Below are positions 9,528 to 19,926 of a DNA stretch of 64,000 bases, piece by piece. The position numbers and the translations under genes are program-made. The DNA lies in contig CAZAIK010000002.1 of NCBI GenBank assembly GCA_964485195.1, positions 76,972-140,971 of the forward strand, given 5' to 3'. The stretch comes from an uncultured Methanosarcinales archaeon (lineage in GTDB: Archaea > Nanobdellota > Nanobdellia > Woesearchaeales > CAIVOO01). How positions within the stretch are numbered: position 1 is the stretch's first letter; each line of letters starts with the position of its first letter. The notes below the pieces were generated by a model. The model ran no database searches and was not told the DNA's origin. It saw nothing but the letters and a program-made list of their open reading frames with translations.

Positions 9528-10682
9528 TTAATCTATGAATTCAATGCCCAGTTCCTGCTCTATCTCCTTGTGTTTTCCTTCTCCTTTTTTCTGCTGTGGG
9601 GCTGTTCCGAAAATCTGGCTGGAGCTCACGCCCGTGACTATCAGCAAAACCCTTAACGTGTTTGCCAAGTCCTCGGTGATCTGCGCTCCCCAGATAATCC
9701 TGGCATCTTCTGAGATCCTGTCAGATATTGTTTCCACAACACCCCTTGCCTCGTTAAGGGTCATATCCGGCCCTCCTGAAACATTTATCAGGGCGCCTGC
9801 AGCTCCTGCAACATCAACTTCAAGAAGAGGGTTTGCTATTGCCTTTTCCACTGCCTCAACAGCCCTGTTTTCAGAGTCTGACTCGCCGACCCCTATAAGG
9901 GCCACTCCTCCGTTCTGCATAACTGCCCTGATGTCTGCAAAGTCAAGATTTACCAGGCCTGCTTTTGTCACAAGCTCCGCTATTCCCTTGACAGCGTTGG
10001 TAAGGATTTCATCCGCTACCTTGAATGCAGTGTGCAACGGCAGTTCCGGGGCAAGTTCCAACAGCTTGTCGTTTGGGATTACTATGAGCGTGTCAACGAT
10101 GTGCTCCATCTTTTCAAGCCCTATCACTGCATTTTCATATCTTCTCTGTCCTTCCATAGCGAAAGGCATAGTTACCACGCCCACCACAAGGCTTCCTGTT
10201 TTCTTGGCAATCTCTGAAACTACAGGTGCAGCTCCTGTTCCTGTTCCTCCTCCAAGACCGCAGGTGACAAACACCATATCTGCCCCTGTAAGGGACTGCT
10301 TTATGTCAGACTCCTGCTCCTTGGCAGCGTCTTCCCCTATCTTGGGGACTGAGCCTGCCCCGAGGCCTTTGGTTGATTCCCTTCCTATGAGAATTTTCTT
10401 ATCAGCGCTTGTGTATAACAGGTCCTGCGCATCAGTGTTAATAGCGACTGTTTCCGCACCAGTAACACCTACCTGCGTAATCCTGTTAACAGTGTTGTTT
10501 CCTCCTCCACCGCAGCCTATCACCTTTATTTTGGCTTTCTGCAGCGAAAGAACCTCTTCCAGCTCAGCATCCACCTCGCTTCGACTTTCAGGAATTCTCT
10601 GCTTAAGGCTCAAGTCAGGTTGAGGAGATTCATTAACCTGAGGATTTGCGTTTACTTCTTGATAATTTTCCACTTTACCCAC
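9528..10682 (-). CDS. ftsZ: Cell division protein FtsZ
   Basis: GCGGGGNN, GLGGGTGTG, NLDFAD motifs. Confidence 0.98.
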   Translation of the reverse strand: MGKVENYQEVNANPQVNESPQPDLSLKQRIPESRSEVDAELEEVLSLQKAKIKVIGCGGGGNNTVNRITQVGVTGAETVAINTDAQDLLYTSADKKILIGRESTKGLGAGSVPKIGEDAAKEQESDIKQSLTGADMVFVTCGLGGGTGTGAAPVVSEIAKKTGSLVVGVVTMPFAMEGQRRYENAVIGLEKMEHIVDTLIVIPNDKLLELAPELPLHTAFKVADEILTNAVKGIAELVTKAGLVNLDFADIRAVMQNGGVALIGVGESDSENRAVEAVEKAIANPLLEVDVAGAAGALINVSGGPDMTLNEARGVVETISDRISEDARIIWGAQITEDLANTLRVLLIVTGVSSSQIFGTAPQQKKGEGKHKEIEQELGIEFID

Positions 10683-10738
10683 CTCGCCAACATTTGTTTA
10701 ACGGCGCCTCTTTTGGTTTTTAAAGCTGTTACTCATAT

Positions 10739-11428
10739 TTAAGTGTTTTGTTGCTTTTCTTCCTTTTTCTTTTCTGTAAATTCCAGCTTTTTTATGGAAG
10801 GGATAATCTCTGAAACCTTCTTTTCTATCACACTCACGAACTGTTCCGGGATTTTCCTGTCTATGGTGACTTTTGCAGTGCCTTCTGAAATCTCTGCCTG
10901 GATGTTTTCCTTTTTTGTGTCAAGCTCCAGTGAGAGGAATGACTTAAGTTTCTCTTTTTCATCTGTGACTATCCTTTTGATTTTGAATTTGTAAACCAAG
11001 TCCTTGCCTGAGAGAGGATGGTTGAAGTCAACAATGGCCCTTCCCCCTGTCACTGTCCTTATGATTCCGTAAACTCCGTCGATATTGACGGGAAGTCCCG
11101 GTGTTGGATTTATGTTTTCCTTTCTGAATATGTTTGTCGGGACGAGCTTCATCTTTTTGGCGTCTTTTTTGCCAAAGCCCTTTTCCGGCTGTATCAGAAC
11201 TTCATACTCCTCCCCGATTTCCTTGCCGACAGCGAACTCGTCAAGCCCTGTTATCAGCTGGCCCTGCCCCAGGCAGATGATTTTGGGACCGTATTCGTGC
11301 TTTGGATTGTGGAAGCCTTCCTTTTTCGCAGTCTCTTCATCTGTGGTGTCAAAGACAACGTTGTCATCCTTGGTCTTGCCTGTGTATTCTATCTCCACAA
11401 AATCCCCCTGGCTTGTTTTCTCTGCCAT
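10739..11428 (-). CDS. FKBP-type peptidyl-prolyl isomerase (archaeal long SlyD type)
   Basis: VFDTT, VDFNHPLSGKDL. Confidence 0.93.
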   Translation of the reverse strand: MAEKTSQGDFVEIEYTGKTKDDNVVFDTTDEETAKKEGFHNPKHEYGPKIICLGQGQLITGLDEFAVGKEIGEEYEVLIQPEKGFGKKDAKKMKLVPTNIFRKENINPTPGLPVNIDGVYGIIRTVTGGRAIVDFNHPLSGKDLVYKFKIKRIVTDEKEKLKSFLSLELDTKKENIQAEISEGTAKVTIDRKIPEQFVSVIEKKVSEIIPSIKKLEFTEKKKEEKQQNT

Positions 11429-11579
11429 TTTTAGTTGAAACTACTTCTTGTTAATTTTTAAGAAGCAGTGTTCTAAGGTTTTGCAGGTTATTTATAAAGG
11501 TTATCTTTCTGGATTTGAGGTGCTATTTATAAACAAAAGCAAAAGCTTTAAATATCATTCGTCACCTTAAGGTGGTAAT

Positions 11580-12584
11580 ATGGTTGGGAAATCAGGCAAG
11601 CTGGAAAAGAAGTGTGATATGCATGCACATATAGGCTCCCTGGAAACCATTCTGGACGGCTCAAGAAGAAAAGGGACATTTAACGAGCCAGTAACTGATT
11701 TCTTTGTAAACTCCATAAGGAAGCTTGCAGGATAGTACACTGTAAAAAATTACAAATTAATGTACAGGTTGAATCATGACTCAATGGCCGCCTTTAATCA
11801 CGCCATGCAGCAGGGAATGGATTTCCTTGCGATAACAGAGCATGATGAGATTAAGACAGTGATGAAATTTCTTAATGACTGCCCCCAGCTTGCTCCACAT
11901 ATAATCCCTGGCGAAGAGATAACAACAAGGCTCCCAGGGAGGGAATACGACATTCACGTTGGTGTTTACTTTGGTGATGACAAAGCAGAAAAGCAGCACG
12001 AGGAAGCACAAAAAGTAAAGGGAAATATCATGGAGCTTGTTGACTATCTTAAAAACGAGGATGTCCTGCACGTATTAAACCATCCTTTCTTTGTTCCGTG
12101 GGCAAAAAAGAATTGCAGGTTAACAAGGGAGGATATGGAGCAATTGCGGGAAATGTTTGAGATTGTTGAAAAGCGGAATGGGCTTATTCCTGAAGGGGAC
12201 AATTACAAAGCAGAAAAGTTTTTTAAAGAGAAAGGAGCAATAGCTGGCTCTGACTGCCATAACGGAAAGCCCGGAAGAACTTATGCAGTTGCTGAAGCTG
12301 ACGATAAAAAAGAATTTCTTCAGCAGATAAAAAATGGGCGTGCGGTTATGGGAGGAGAACACGGCTCTGTGGATAACTCACAGCGGGAGTTAATTGACAA
12401 AATATGCTCTTATGGTGGAGAGTTGATATGGAGAGAGAATGGAACTGAAATGAAGATCCCTGTTGAGGGGAAATGGGCAGAATTAGCAGAAAAAAGAATA
12501 GCGGAATTCACCAGAAGAACATCCTCTTTGTGGGCAAAATACCATCAAAATATGGACCACGGAGTTGAAGAGTGGGAGATATAA
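11580..12584 (+). pseudogene. PHP-domain phosphoesterase interrupted by an in-frame TAG at 11733-11735
   Basis: ATG 11580 gives ...KCDMHAH (first PHP motif) in frame with downstream AITEHD, GEE, NHPF, GSDCH. Confidence 0.75.
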
Positions 12585-12585
12585 A

Positions 12586-13438
12586 ATGCCAGATCTAAAA
12601 GGCATCAAAAACAGGGCATTGACCAGGCCGGGATACAGGATTTTGGCAGGCGCAGGACTGTTAGGGCTGGCCTTTTTGCTGAATCCTGATGAAAGGGAAA
12701 AAACAGTTCCACATTCAGAAATGCAGGTCAGGGATCAGAGGCAGGCAGGGAACACCAGAAAAAAATAAACTGCCTGATGACAAGCCCCTTGAGCTCATAA
12801 TCAACAGCAGGTTTGAAGAGGAAGCCCTGGAAGAGCTTGATGAAATTCTTAACGGCACTTCTGAAGTAAAATCCTGGAAATGGCAGCAATTTAAGAATGG
12901 AAAAAAGAAAGTGCCTGCAATCGTGAATAATGACAACATAAAACTCTTTGAAAAGGCCTTCGGAAACATCTTTCAGTATGACAACACAATAAGGGCGGCG
13001 GCAGGAACATATTCTCATGTCACTTCCGAGCTTCTTTATGCAGTGATATATGAGGAGAGCAAGGGCAACCAGTACGCAGTCTCAAAAGCAGGGGCGTGCG
13101 GGCTTATTCAGATAACAGAGCCAACTGCAAGGGACATAGGGATGGACTGGAAAAAAAGGTTTGAGCCAGAGGAAAACATTTTCTCAGGTGCCTCTATTTT
13201 ATCGGGGCTGATAGAAAGATACGAAGGCAACCTGCTCTTGGCATTAAGCGCTTACAATTACGGAAAGTACGGGCTTGACAAAAAGATAGACAGGAAAAAT
13301 TCCGGCAGGAAAAGGATAAAGGAAATTGATTTTGACGAACTGCCCGTGGTCAGCAGGCATTACGCAACAAGAGTCCTCGGGGCTATGAAAGCGATGCAGC
13401 AAAATTACGGCCCGCCCACAGGACTGGCATCAAGATAA
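12586..13438 (+). pseudogene. Membrane-anchored soluble lytic transglycosylase (SLT), frameshifted between TM anchor and catalytic domain
   Basis: 12586-12768 encodes the TM anchor; the +1 frame carries AVIYEESKG, GACGLIQI, ALSAYNYG; A7 tract at 12759-12765 just before the stop. Confidence 0.8.
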
Positions 13439-13975
13439 ACTTTTTTCTTTCACAAAATCCAAAATTTTTTCAACAACTTCCTCTGTTTTCCTGTTTGTTG
13501 TGTCAATAACCAAACCAAAGTTGCTCTTGTCCTTGTAGTTTTCTATCCCGTACAGTTCCCTGTATCTTCTTGCGTCGCTTGCCTCCCTTTCAGCAAGCTT
13601 TTCCTGCGCCTCCTCGACTGTTGAATAATTCTCTAAACCCTTCCTTGTCTTCATAACCCTTTCCGCCCCCACCTTGGGGTCTACGTCAAGAAATATTTTT
13701 ATTGAATCGGGAATGAAATATGCTGGAAGCCTGCCTTCAGCTACAAAATCATCCTCTTCCTCCCCGATTCTTTTCAGCATCTCGTCAGCGGCCCTGTCTG
13801 CCTCGTGGGTTTTCTCATCCTTTTTGTTCAGCTCTTTAAGAGTCATCCCCTCCTGCCTCGCAATATCCCTCCTGATGTCCCCTGCAGAATAACGCTTCAA
13901 ATCCAGCCTTTCAGAAAGCTTCCTTGCAACAGTGCTCTTGCCAGAGCCGGGAGGGCCTGTTATGGTAATCCTCAT
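13430..13975 (-). CDS. cmk: Cytidylate kinase (archaeal type)
   Basis: ITITGPPGSGKST, EGRL, RRYRELYGI. Confidence 0.92.
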   Translation of the reverse strand: MRITITGPPGSGKSTVARKLSERLDLKRYSAGDIRRDIARQEGMTLKELNKKDEKTHEADRAADEMLKRIGEEEDDFVAEGRLPAYFIPDSIKIFLDVDPKVGAERVMKTRKGLENYSTVEEAQEKLAEREASDARRYRELYGIENYKDKSNFGLVIDTTNRKTEEVVEKILDFVKEKSLS

Positions 13976-14021
13976 AATCAATTCTTTTGTATTGTTGTTT
14001 AAAAATGTTTGTAATCAGAAA

Positions 14022-14423
14022 TCATATGTATCTTTTTGGAAAATACTTTCTCACTATTTTCATCAGCTCATCGCTGTTAACCGGAACTTCATCTGCAAGG
14101 TTTCTTTTTGCAATGAAGTAGCTCTTTTCAGAAGGGTCCTTCAAAACATCGGGCTCGCTGCCAGCAGGGTGCATGAAAAGAAGCGGTGTTTCGTAATGTC
14201 TTCCGCTCGGCTTTCTCATAAAGTCCATAACCTTTTTGCCTCCCTTGGTGTCTGATATCACAAAGCCAACGCCTTCGCAGGTGTTCCCATCGAAAAAATC
14301 TATCTCCCGCAAGGCGTCCTTCACAGTGGGGGCGCTTATAACTTCCATACCCTCATTCCTCAGGAAATCCCCGAGGTTTCTCCTGACAGCAGAGGATTTG
14401 TCTATGATTATTATCCTTTTCAT
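14022..14423 (-). CDS. Stand-alone response-regulator receiver-like domain
   Basis: IIIID...VISD...PLLFM...IAK receiver pattern. Confidence 0.6.
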   Translation of the reverse strand: MKRIIIIDKSSAVRRNLGDFLRNEGMEVISAPTVKDALREIDFFDGNTCEGVGFVISDTKGGKKVMDFMRKPSGRHYETPLLFMHPAGSEPDVLKDPSEKSYFIAKRNLADEVPVNSDELMKIVRKYFPKRYI

Positions 14424-14455
14424 CAGTTGCGGGAAATAAGAAAGGTTTAAAAAGT

Positions 14456-14851
14456 TTATTCAAGGTATTCCCTTACCATCTCCATAAACTCTTCCTTTCC
14501 CTTTCTTGTCCCCAAATCTTCAGCTTTAAAATAACCTGTCTTGTGATAGCCGTTGCCAGAGGAAACTTTTTCTGTCAGGATTATCGCCGGCACCTCCTCA
14601 TAATTCCTAACCCTGGAATACCCCTTGACCTTTTCACCTCTCATCACCTTAACCAGGTTTTCAGAGTCATCAATGTCTGCTTCAATCACCATAAGGTCTA
14701 TCTCCCCTTCAATCTTTCTCATCAGCTTCAGGGAGCCGCGCGGGGTAAATGGCTCCAGGTTGGTCTGAAAACCCCTTGTCTGAAGAGTGCTGAATACCAG
14801 CCCTCTCAAAACTTCGTCTTCTATTACATTCAAAATAAAACTCCTGTTCAT
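14456..14851 (-). CDS. Degenerate (pseudo)receiver domain protein
   Basis: VIED...DLMVIE...PAIILT...FK; Glu at the phospho-acceptor position. Confidence 0.5.
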   Translation of the reverse strand: MNRSFILNVIEDEVLRGLVFSTLQTRGFQTNLEPFTPRGSLKLMRKIEGEIDLMVIEADIDDSENLVKVMRGEKVKGYSRVRNYEEVPAIILTEKVSSGNGYHKTGYFKAEDLGTRKGKEEFMEMVREYLE

Positions 14852-14951
14852 TGTTGTCAGCGGGAGTTTAGAAAGTCTTAAAAAACTATCTGCACAAAAT
14901 TTATAAATAACCTTTGGCGGTTTTTTTGACTAACAGAAAGAGGGGGTTAAA

Positions 14952-16592
14952 ATGTCAGAGAAAAATTACCAACCGATATTCATTCTACCTGAAGGCAGTT
15001 CCAGGACTGTGGGCAGGGACGCCCAGAGAAACAACATAATGGCTGCCAAGCTTGTTGCTGAAACTGTAAGAACAACCCTGGGGCCGAAGGGCATGGACAA
15101 GATGCTTGTTGACAACCTCGGGGACATAATCATAACCAATGACGGCGTCACGATACTCCAGGAAATGCAGGTTGACCATCCTTCTGCAAAGATGATTGTG
15201 GAGGTTGCCAAGACACAGGAGGACGAGGTTGGCGACGGGACCACTACCGCCGTGGTCGTTGCAGGCGAGCTCCTGAAAAACGCTGAAAGGCTTCTTGACC
15301 AGGAAATTCATCCCACTGTAATTGCCAAGGGCTACAGGATAGCTGCTGAACAGGCAATGAAATACCTCAGGGAGATGGCTGAAAAGATTTCCCCCCAGGA
15401 TTCAGAAATTCTCAAAAAAATTGCAATAACGGCAATGACTGGGAAGGGGGCTGAGTCTGCAAAGGAAAAGCTTGCGGACATAACAGTAAGGGCTGTCAGC
15501 AGGATAATGGAAAAAGAGGAAAACGGCAAGACAATTGTTGACGGTCAAAGCATAAAGATTGAGAAAAAGATAGGGGGAGGTGTTGAGGACACCGAGCTTA
15601 TTGATGGTGTTGTTGTTGACAAGGAAAGGGTGCATTCCGGCATGCCCAAGAATGTGCAGGATGCAAAAATCGCGCTTGTGGACACCGCCCTTGAAATAAA
15701 GAATACTGAGATAGACGCAAAGATACAAATTACAGACCCGTCACAGATGCAGGCATTTCTTGATATGGAGGAAAAAATGCTCAAGGATATGGTTCAGAAA
15801 ATCTTTGATTCAGGAGCAACTGCAGTTTTCTGCCAGAAAGGAATAGATGATTTGGCCCAGCATTACCTGTCCAAGAGGGGAATATATGCAGTAAGGAGGG
15901 TCAAGGAATCAGACATGAAAGGAATTGCAAAAGCCACAGGGGCAAAGATAATAAGTAATCTCGACGAGCTTTCAGCCGATGATTTGGGGATGGCAGGCCT
16001 GGTTGAGGAAAAAAAGGTTGGGGACGAAATGATGACTTTTGTAAAGAACTGCCCCAATGCAAAAACAGTGACAATTCTTGTGAGAGGCGGGACTGAGCAC
16101 GTTGTTGACGAAGTGAAAAGGGCAATAACTGATGCAGTGGGCGGAGTGATAGTCTCCCTTGAGGAGGGGAAGGTTGTTGCAGGCGCGGGCTCTCCTGAGA
16201 TAGAGCTGGCAAGGCAGCTTCACAAGTTTGCAAATACCCTCAGCGGAAGGGAGCAGCTGGCAGTGCAGGCGTTTGCTGACTCTGTTGAGATAGTCCCCAG
16301 GACTCTTGCTGAAAATGCAGGGCTGGACCCCATTGACATTCTTACAGAGCTGAAGTCAGCCCACGACGCAGGACAGAAATGGGCGGGGCTTAATGTTTTT
16401 ACCGGCAAGGTCATAGACACCTGGACGGAAGGGGTGGTGGAGCCTTTAAAGATTAAGACACAGGCAATATCCTCTGCCTCGGAAGTCGCAACAATGATAC
16501 TGAGGATTGATGATGTCATTTCCTCTGGAAGCGGGGAGAAAGGCCAGCAAATGCCTCAGGGTATGGGAGGGGGAATGCCTCCTATGGGATGA
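14952..16592 (+). CDS. ths: Thermosome (group II chaperonin) subunit
   Basis: [17 protein letters not shown]-terminal GMGGGM. Confidence 0.98.
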   Translation: MSEKNYQPIFILPEGSSRTVGRDAQRNNIMAAKLVAETVRTTLGPKGMDKMLVDNLGDIIITNDGVTILQEMQVDHPSAKMIVEVAKTQEDEVGDGTTTAVVVAGELLKNAERLLDQEIHPTVIAKGYRIAAEQAMKYLREMAEKISPQDSEILKKIAITAMTGKGAESAKEKLADITVRAVSRIMEKEENGKTIVDGQSIKIEKKIGGGVEDTELIDGVVVDKERVHSGMPKNVQDAKIALVDTALEIKNTEIDAKIQITDPSQMQAFLDMEEKMLKDMVQKIFDSGATAVFCQKGIDDLAQHYLSKRGIYAVRRVKESDMKGIAKATGAKIISNLDELSADDLGMAGLVEEKKVGDEMMTFVKNCPNAKTVTILVRGGTEHVVDEVKRAITDAVGGVIVSLEEGKVVAGAGSPEIELARQLHKFANTLSGREQLAVQAFADSVEIVPRTLAENAGLDPIDILTELKSAHDAGQKWAGLNVFTGKVIDTWTEGVVEPLKIKTQAISSASEVATMILRIDDVISSGSGEKGQQMPQGMGGGMPPMG

Positions 16593-18401
16593 TCATCTTA
16601 TTATCATTCCATTATGATTATAGATGTCTTTCAGGTGAGGCAGTAGCTTCCTGCTCCACGTCTCAAAAAAAGGCAGCAGGTTCTCCTGTCTCACAAGATA
16701 ATCAATGTTGAACATCTGGGAAGCGGCTATTGATTCTTCATTCCTCTCTATCTTCCCGTTTGTGTGGGACTTGAAAATCAGCCCGAAATGGTCATTGTCA
16801 ACCTCCTTGTCCGTGGCCCACATTGTTCCCACCAGCTCAGGAGGGGAATAGCAGTCTATGTTTACCTCTTCTGTAATTTCCCTGTTGGCACAGGTTGCGA
16901 TGAGGCGCGGCCCGTCCTCCTGGAGAATGTGACCTCCCACTGCAACTGAAATCTTGTTGAACAACCTTCTCTCTCCGAACTCGGTTATCTTTTTGGTTCT
17001 CACATAGCTGAAAACAGATTCATCAGGGCCGAACAATATTATGTATGGGATGGGCTGCAGTATCTCGGGGTCTCCTTCGCAGTCATACCTTGAATGCCAG
17101 AATCCGTCCTCTGCATCTTTGATTAAACTGTGCACTTCGTCGGGCTGGAGTAATTGAAAGCCTTCACTTTCATTGTGATGGGGTAAAAGTATCTCGGGAA
17201 TCTGGCACAAGGTGATTTTGTCCAGCTTCTGGTAAGTCCTTGCCGCAAATGAAAAGTCAAAGGGCCCGAAATATTTTGCAGGCCTCACGCCTATCTGCAT
17301 CTGGTAGTTTGATCCGATTTCCTGCCCGTAAATCTTGTCAGGTATATTTGTCCTGTAAAACTGGAGCTTGCTGATGGGCTTGCCGTGCTTAAGCTCTATC
17401 TTCCTCTCCTCTTCAGACCGCACTTCAAAAACAAGGTCGCCGTTAAAGCCATTGTCTATGAATCCTGCGAAGTGCAAGGGCCCCCTGAACCCTGTCTCGG
17501 AATAGCTCTCCAGCTCGGCGCAAAGGTGAGGGGGTATCCTTAAAATCTCGTGCGAGGCAAACAGGCAGTATTCTCCCCTTCCCAATGTCACAGTCTTTTC
17601 TCCCTGCAATGTTTGCTCTGCCTTCAGGGGCTCAAAGAAATCCTCAGCCTTAAGTTTGCCTTTCTCCCTGAGGTCTATGGGTGTCGGGTTATGCCTGGCT
17701 CTCAGCCCAACTATTCCTTCTGTGTGCTCCCCTGACAAGTCAATGTGAAGCTCCAGCCCGTCGGTGACTATCTGCTCCGCATTCACTATCTCACCTTCTC
17801 TGTTCCTCCTGTACAAAATCTGCTGTTTGGCTAATCCCTCCTTTATCTGCGTCGGGGAAAGCTTTGCCTCAAGCCCCTGCGAAAACCTCAGCTGGTTAAG
17901 TGAAATGCCCGGATGAAGTATTGCGTTGAAAGCGAGGGGCTGCACCAGCAGCCAGAGACTAATTTCACTGTCGCCGCAGCAGTTATAGGTTGCAAAATCA
18001 AGGCAGTCATTGTAATCCGCAACCAGTCTCGTGTCAAAGAATATTCTTCCCAGGCTGCTTTTTGGGGATGACTTCAGGAATTCGTTTTCTGACAGCCTTA
18101 CCTTTGAAAGCAGCGGGACAAGATATGTGAAGCCTATCTTCAGTTCATACCCGTCGCTGATGTTTGCCTTCTGCCTCCTTCTTCTTGGAAGCTCCAGCAG
18201 GGTCCTGTAAACTGTCTTGCCCTTGTCAGGATGGAACAGCCCTTTTGTTTCAGTTTCAATGACATACAATTCATCACCCACTCCCGGGTCAAATGAAGCT
18301 GGCTGTATCCTGTCCTCCTCAAGCAAATTAACAATACTGCCCTCCCTTATCATCTCTCTCATCTCCTGGGAAACCAGCCCTCTGCTTTCATTTGCTTGCA
18401 T
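16593..18401 (-). CDS. dcd: Long (duplicated-domain) dCTP deaminase fused to a C-terminal NUDIX-like domain
   Basis: IQPASFD, SPKSSLGR, HFAGFIDNGFNG, SNYQ; C-terminal QPIPY...SVAVGGHI...REITEEV. Confidence 0.85.
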   Translation of the reverse strand: MQANESRGLVSQEMREMIREGSIVNLLEEDRIQPASFDPGVGDELYVIETETKGLFHPDKGKTVYRTLLELPRRRRQKANISDGYELKIGFTYLVPLLSKVRLSENEFLKSSPKSSLGRIFFDTRLVADYNDCLDFATYNCCGDSEISLWLLVQPLAFNAILHPGISLNQLRFSQGLEAKLSPTQIKEGLAKQQILYRRNREGEIVNAEQIVTDGLELHIDLSGEHTEGIVGLRARHNPTPIDLREKGKLKAEDFFEPLKAEQTLQGEKTVTLGRGEYCLFASHEILRIPPHLCAELESYSETGFRGPLHFAGFIDNGFNGDLVFEVRSEEERKIELKHGKPISKLQFYRTNIPDKIYGQEIGSNYQMQIGVRPAKYFGPFDFSFAARTYQKLDKITLCQIPEILLPHHNESEGFQLLQPDEVHSLIKDAEDGFWHSRYDCEGDPEILQPIPYIILFGPDESVFSYVRTKKITEFGERRLFNKISVAVGGHILQEDGPRLIATCANREITEEVNIDCYSPPELVGTMWATDKEVDNDHFGLIFKSHTNGKIERNEESIAASQMFNIDYLVRQENLLPFFETWSRKLLPHLKDIYNHNGMIIR

Positions 18402-18585
18402 GAAAATAAACACCCCTCACATCTATTTAATATTTGCTATATTCCAGTAGTTAACTTTTTGGTTTAAATTTATTATTTCTTAAATAATTATGGTTTATTC
18501 TTGTCGTGCAATTAACCCCTGACTTTTTACCACAATATTTTTAAATGACTGGAATAATTCAATATAAAAACAAAGAGGCGAAATC

Positions 18586-19128
18586 ATGGCCAAGGAAAAG
18601 GACTACGCGATTGTTCCTGAAAAAGAGGTTTTTCAGCTAAAACAGGATGTTGAGGACATAAAGAAGAATCCCTTCCAGGCTTACGGAACCGACAATTTCA
18701 TAGATGCTGTTAACAACCTTACAAATGCAGTAAATTCTCTTATAGAACTTTTCAAGACAGCGGCTGAGGAAATGAAGCTGGAGGAAAGAGAGGCAGAAAC
18801 CATAACCAAAAAGATAGAGCCAATGTTCAAGAAAATGGACACCCTGGTCAGCCAGAACGAGAAGATCGCGAGAGGCATAGTTGCTGTGGCTGACATGCTG
18901 GAAAGGAGGGGGCAGCCTTCAGGGCCGATGCCGCCAAGGCCTCCTATGCAGGGGCCTTCGCAGCCACCCAAGCCGCCCCAGGGGCCGCCAACACCTCCAT
19001 CAGGACCGCCCTCGCCGGGAGCGCCCCAGAGGCCTCCATCACCGCCGCCGGCTCCGGGAACAACACCCTCACCTGCAGGAATGCCCCCTCCGCCGCCGCC
19101 CAAGAAAAAGAAAGGGCTTTTCGGATAA
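18586..19128 (+). CDS. Coiled-coil protein with Pro-rich tail ending KKKKGLFG
   Basis: Heptad N-terminal region, about 60-aa polyproline linker. Confidence 0.75.
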   Translation: MAKEKDYAIVPEKEVFQLKQDVEDIKKNPFQAYGTDNFIDAVNNLTNAVNSLIELFKTAAEEMKLEEREAETITKKIEPMFKKMDTLVSQNEKIARGIVAVADMLERRGQPSGPMPPRPPMQGPSQPPKPPQGPPTPPSGPPSPGAPQRPPSPPPAPGTTPSPAGMPPPPPPKKKKGLFG

Positions 19129-19715
19129 TGGAACAAGCTGAATTAAAACTAAGTCCTAAGAGATTAAAGCATTTTTTTGTGCACTGCTCCCTTTCTGCCA
19201 AAAAATTGTCTGAAAAGCAAAAGCTCAGGTCAGAATTCTCAGGCAGGCTGCAGAAGCTGAAGGATATGTCCCTTAAGACAGGGCCTGCAAGGGGAAAATC
19301 CCCCAATGTTATGTCAGAGATTGAAAAGCTTGAGGAAAGGATTGCAGACCTTATCAACATCCACGCAAGGGAAAAGGTTGAGAGGGATGCCCTTATGAGA
19401 AAGCTTGACGAAAGCATAAAGGCAGTGCAGCCAAGGCAGGATGTAAAGCCGTTCAGGGATTTTGAGAGGATTTCCTCAAGGCTTGCCGAGAACGTGAACA
19501 AGCTGAGCAAGGTTGGCGAGGCAGAAAAAAGGCTGGAAAAGGAGTTCAAGGAAGAGAAAGGGGAGCTTGAAAATCTAGAAAAGCACCTCAACAGTCTTGA
19601 AAAGAGATACAATGAACTGAAAAAGTCAAGAAAGAACAAGAAGGACCTGGAAAGGATAAGGTTGATGATTGAAAAGCACAAGAAAACCATCAGCAGTATG
19701 AAACAGAAAAAGTGA
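19128..19715 (+). CDS. Basic coiled-coil hypothetical protein
   Basis: K/E heptads; TAATG coupling to the upstream gene. Confidence 0.7.
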   Translation: MEQAELKLSPKRLKHFFVHCSLSAKKLSEKQKLRSEFSGRLQKLKDMSLKTGPARGKSPNVMSEIEKLEERIADLINIHAREKVERDALMRKLDESIKAVQPRQDVKPFRDFERISSRLAENVNKLSKVGEAEKRLEKEFKEEKGELENLEKHLNSLEKRYNELKKSRKNKKDLERIRLMIEKHKKTISSMKQKK

Positions 19716-19755
19716 ACCAATTCTCAATCAGAAAAAGAAAAAATAAATTAAAGTT

Positions 19756-19926
19756 TCAAAGGTCTTTTGCCATAATTGTTTTCCTTCCGTTGGACTCTGC
19801 CCTTGCCATAGCGTCCTTTAAAAGCTGCATTGCTTTTTCATTAAGAGCATCTGCCAAGTCTCCGGAAACATTGTATCCCTTGCAAACATCCTTTATCTTT
19901 GCCTTTACAATCAAACTTTCCGACAT
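19756..19926 (-). CDS. Short histone-fold protein (DUF1931/Bd0055-like)
   Basis: MSESLIVKAKIK...VSGDLADAL...RAESNGRKTIMAKDL; GAGGTG RBS upstream. Confidence 0.85.
   Translation of the reverse strand: MSESLIVKAKIKDVCKGYNVSGDLADALNEKAMQLLKDAMARAESNGRKTIMAKDL

Noticed and set aside
9535..10623. 362-aa ORF antisense to ftsZ, and similar antisense ORFs over rpl11, ths, tuf and fusA
   Set aside because: Codon-mirror shadows of conserved genes; Ser/Pro/Thr-rich with no motifs
11733..11735. Genome-wide amber recoding
   Set aside because: Conserved genes such as spt5 (8812) and rpl7ae (47635) end at TAG at their expected lengths
18681..19136. Gly-rich, collagen-looking minus-strand ORF
   Set aside because: Reverse complement of the polyproline codons of 18586-19128
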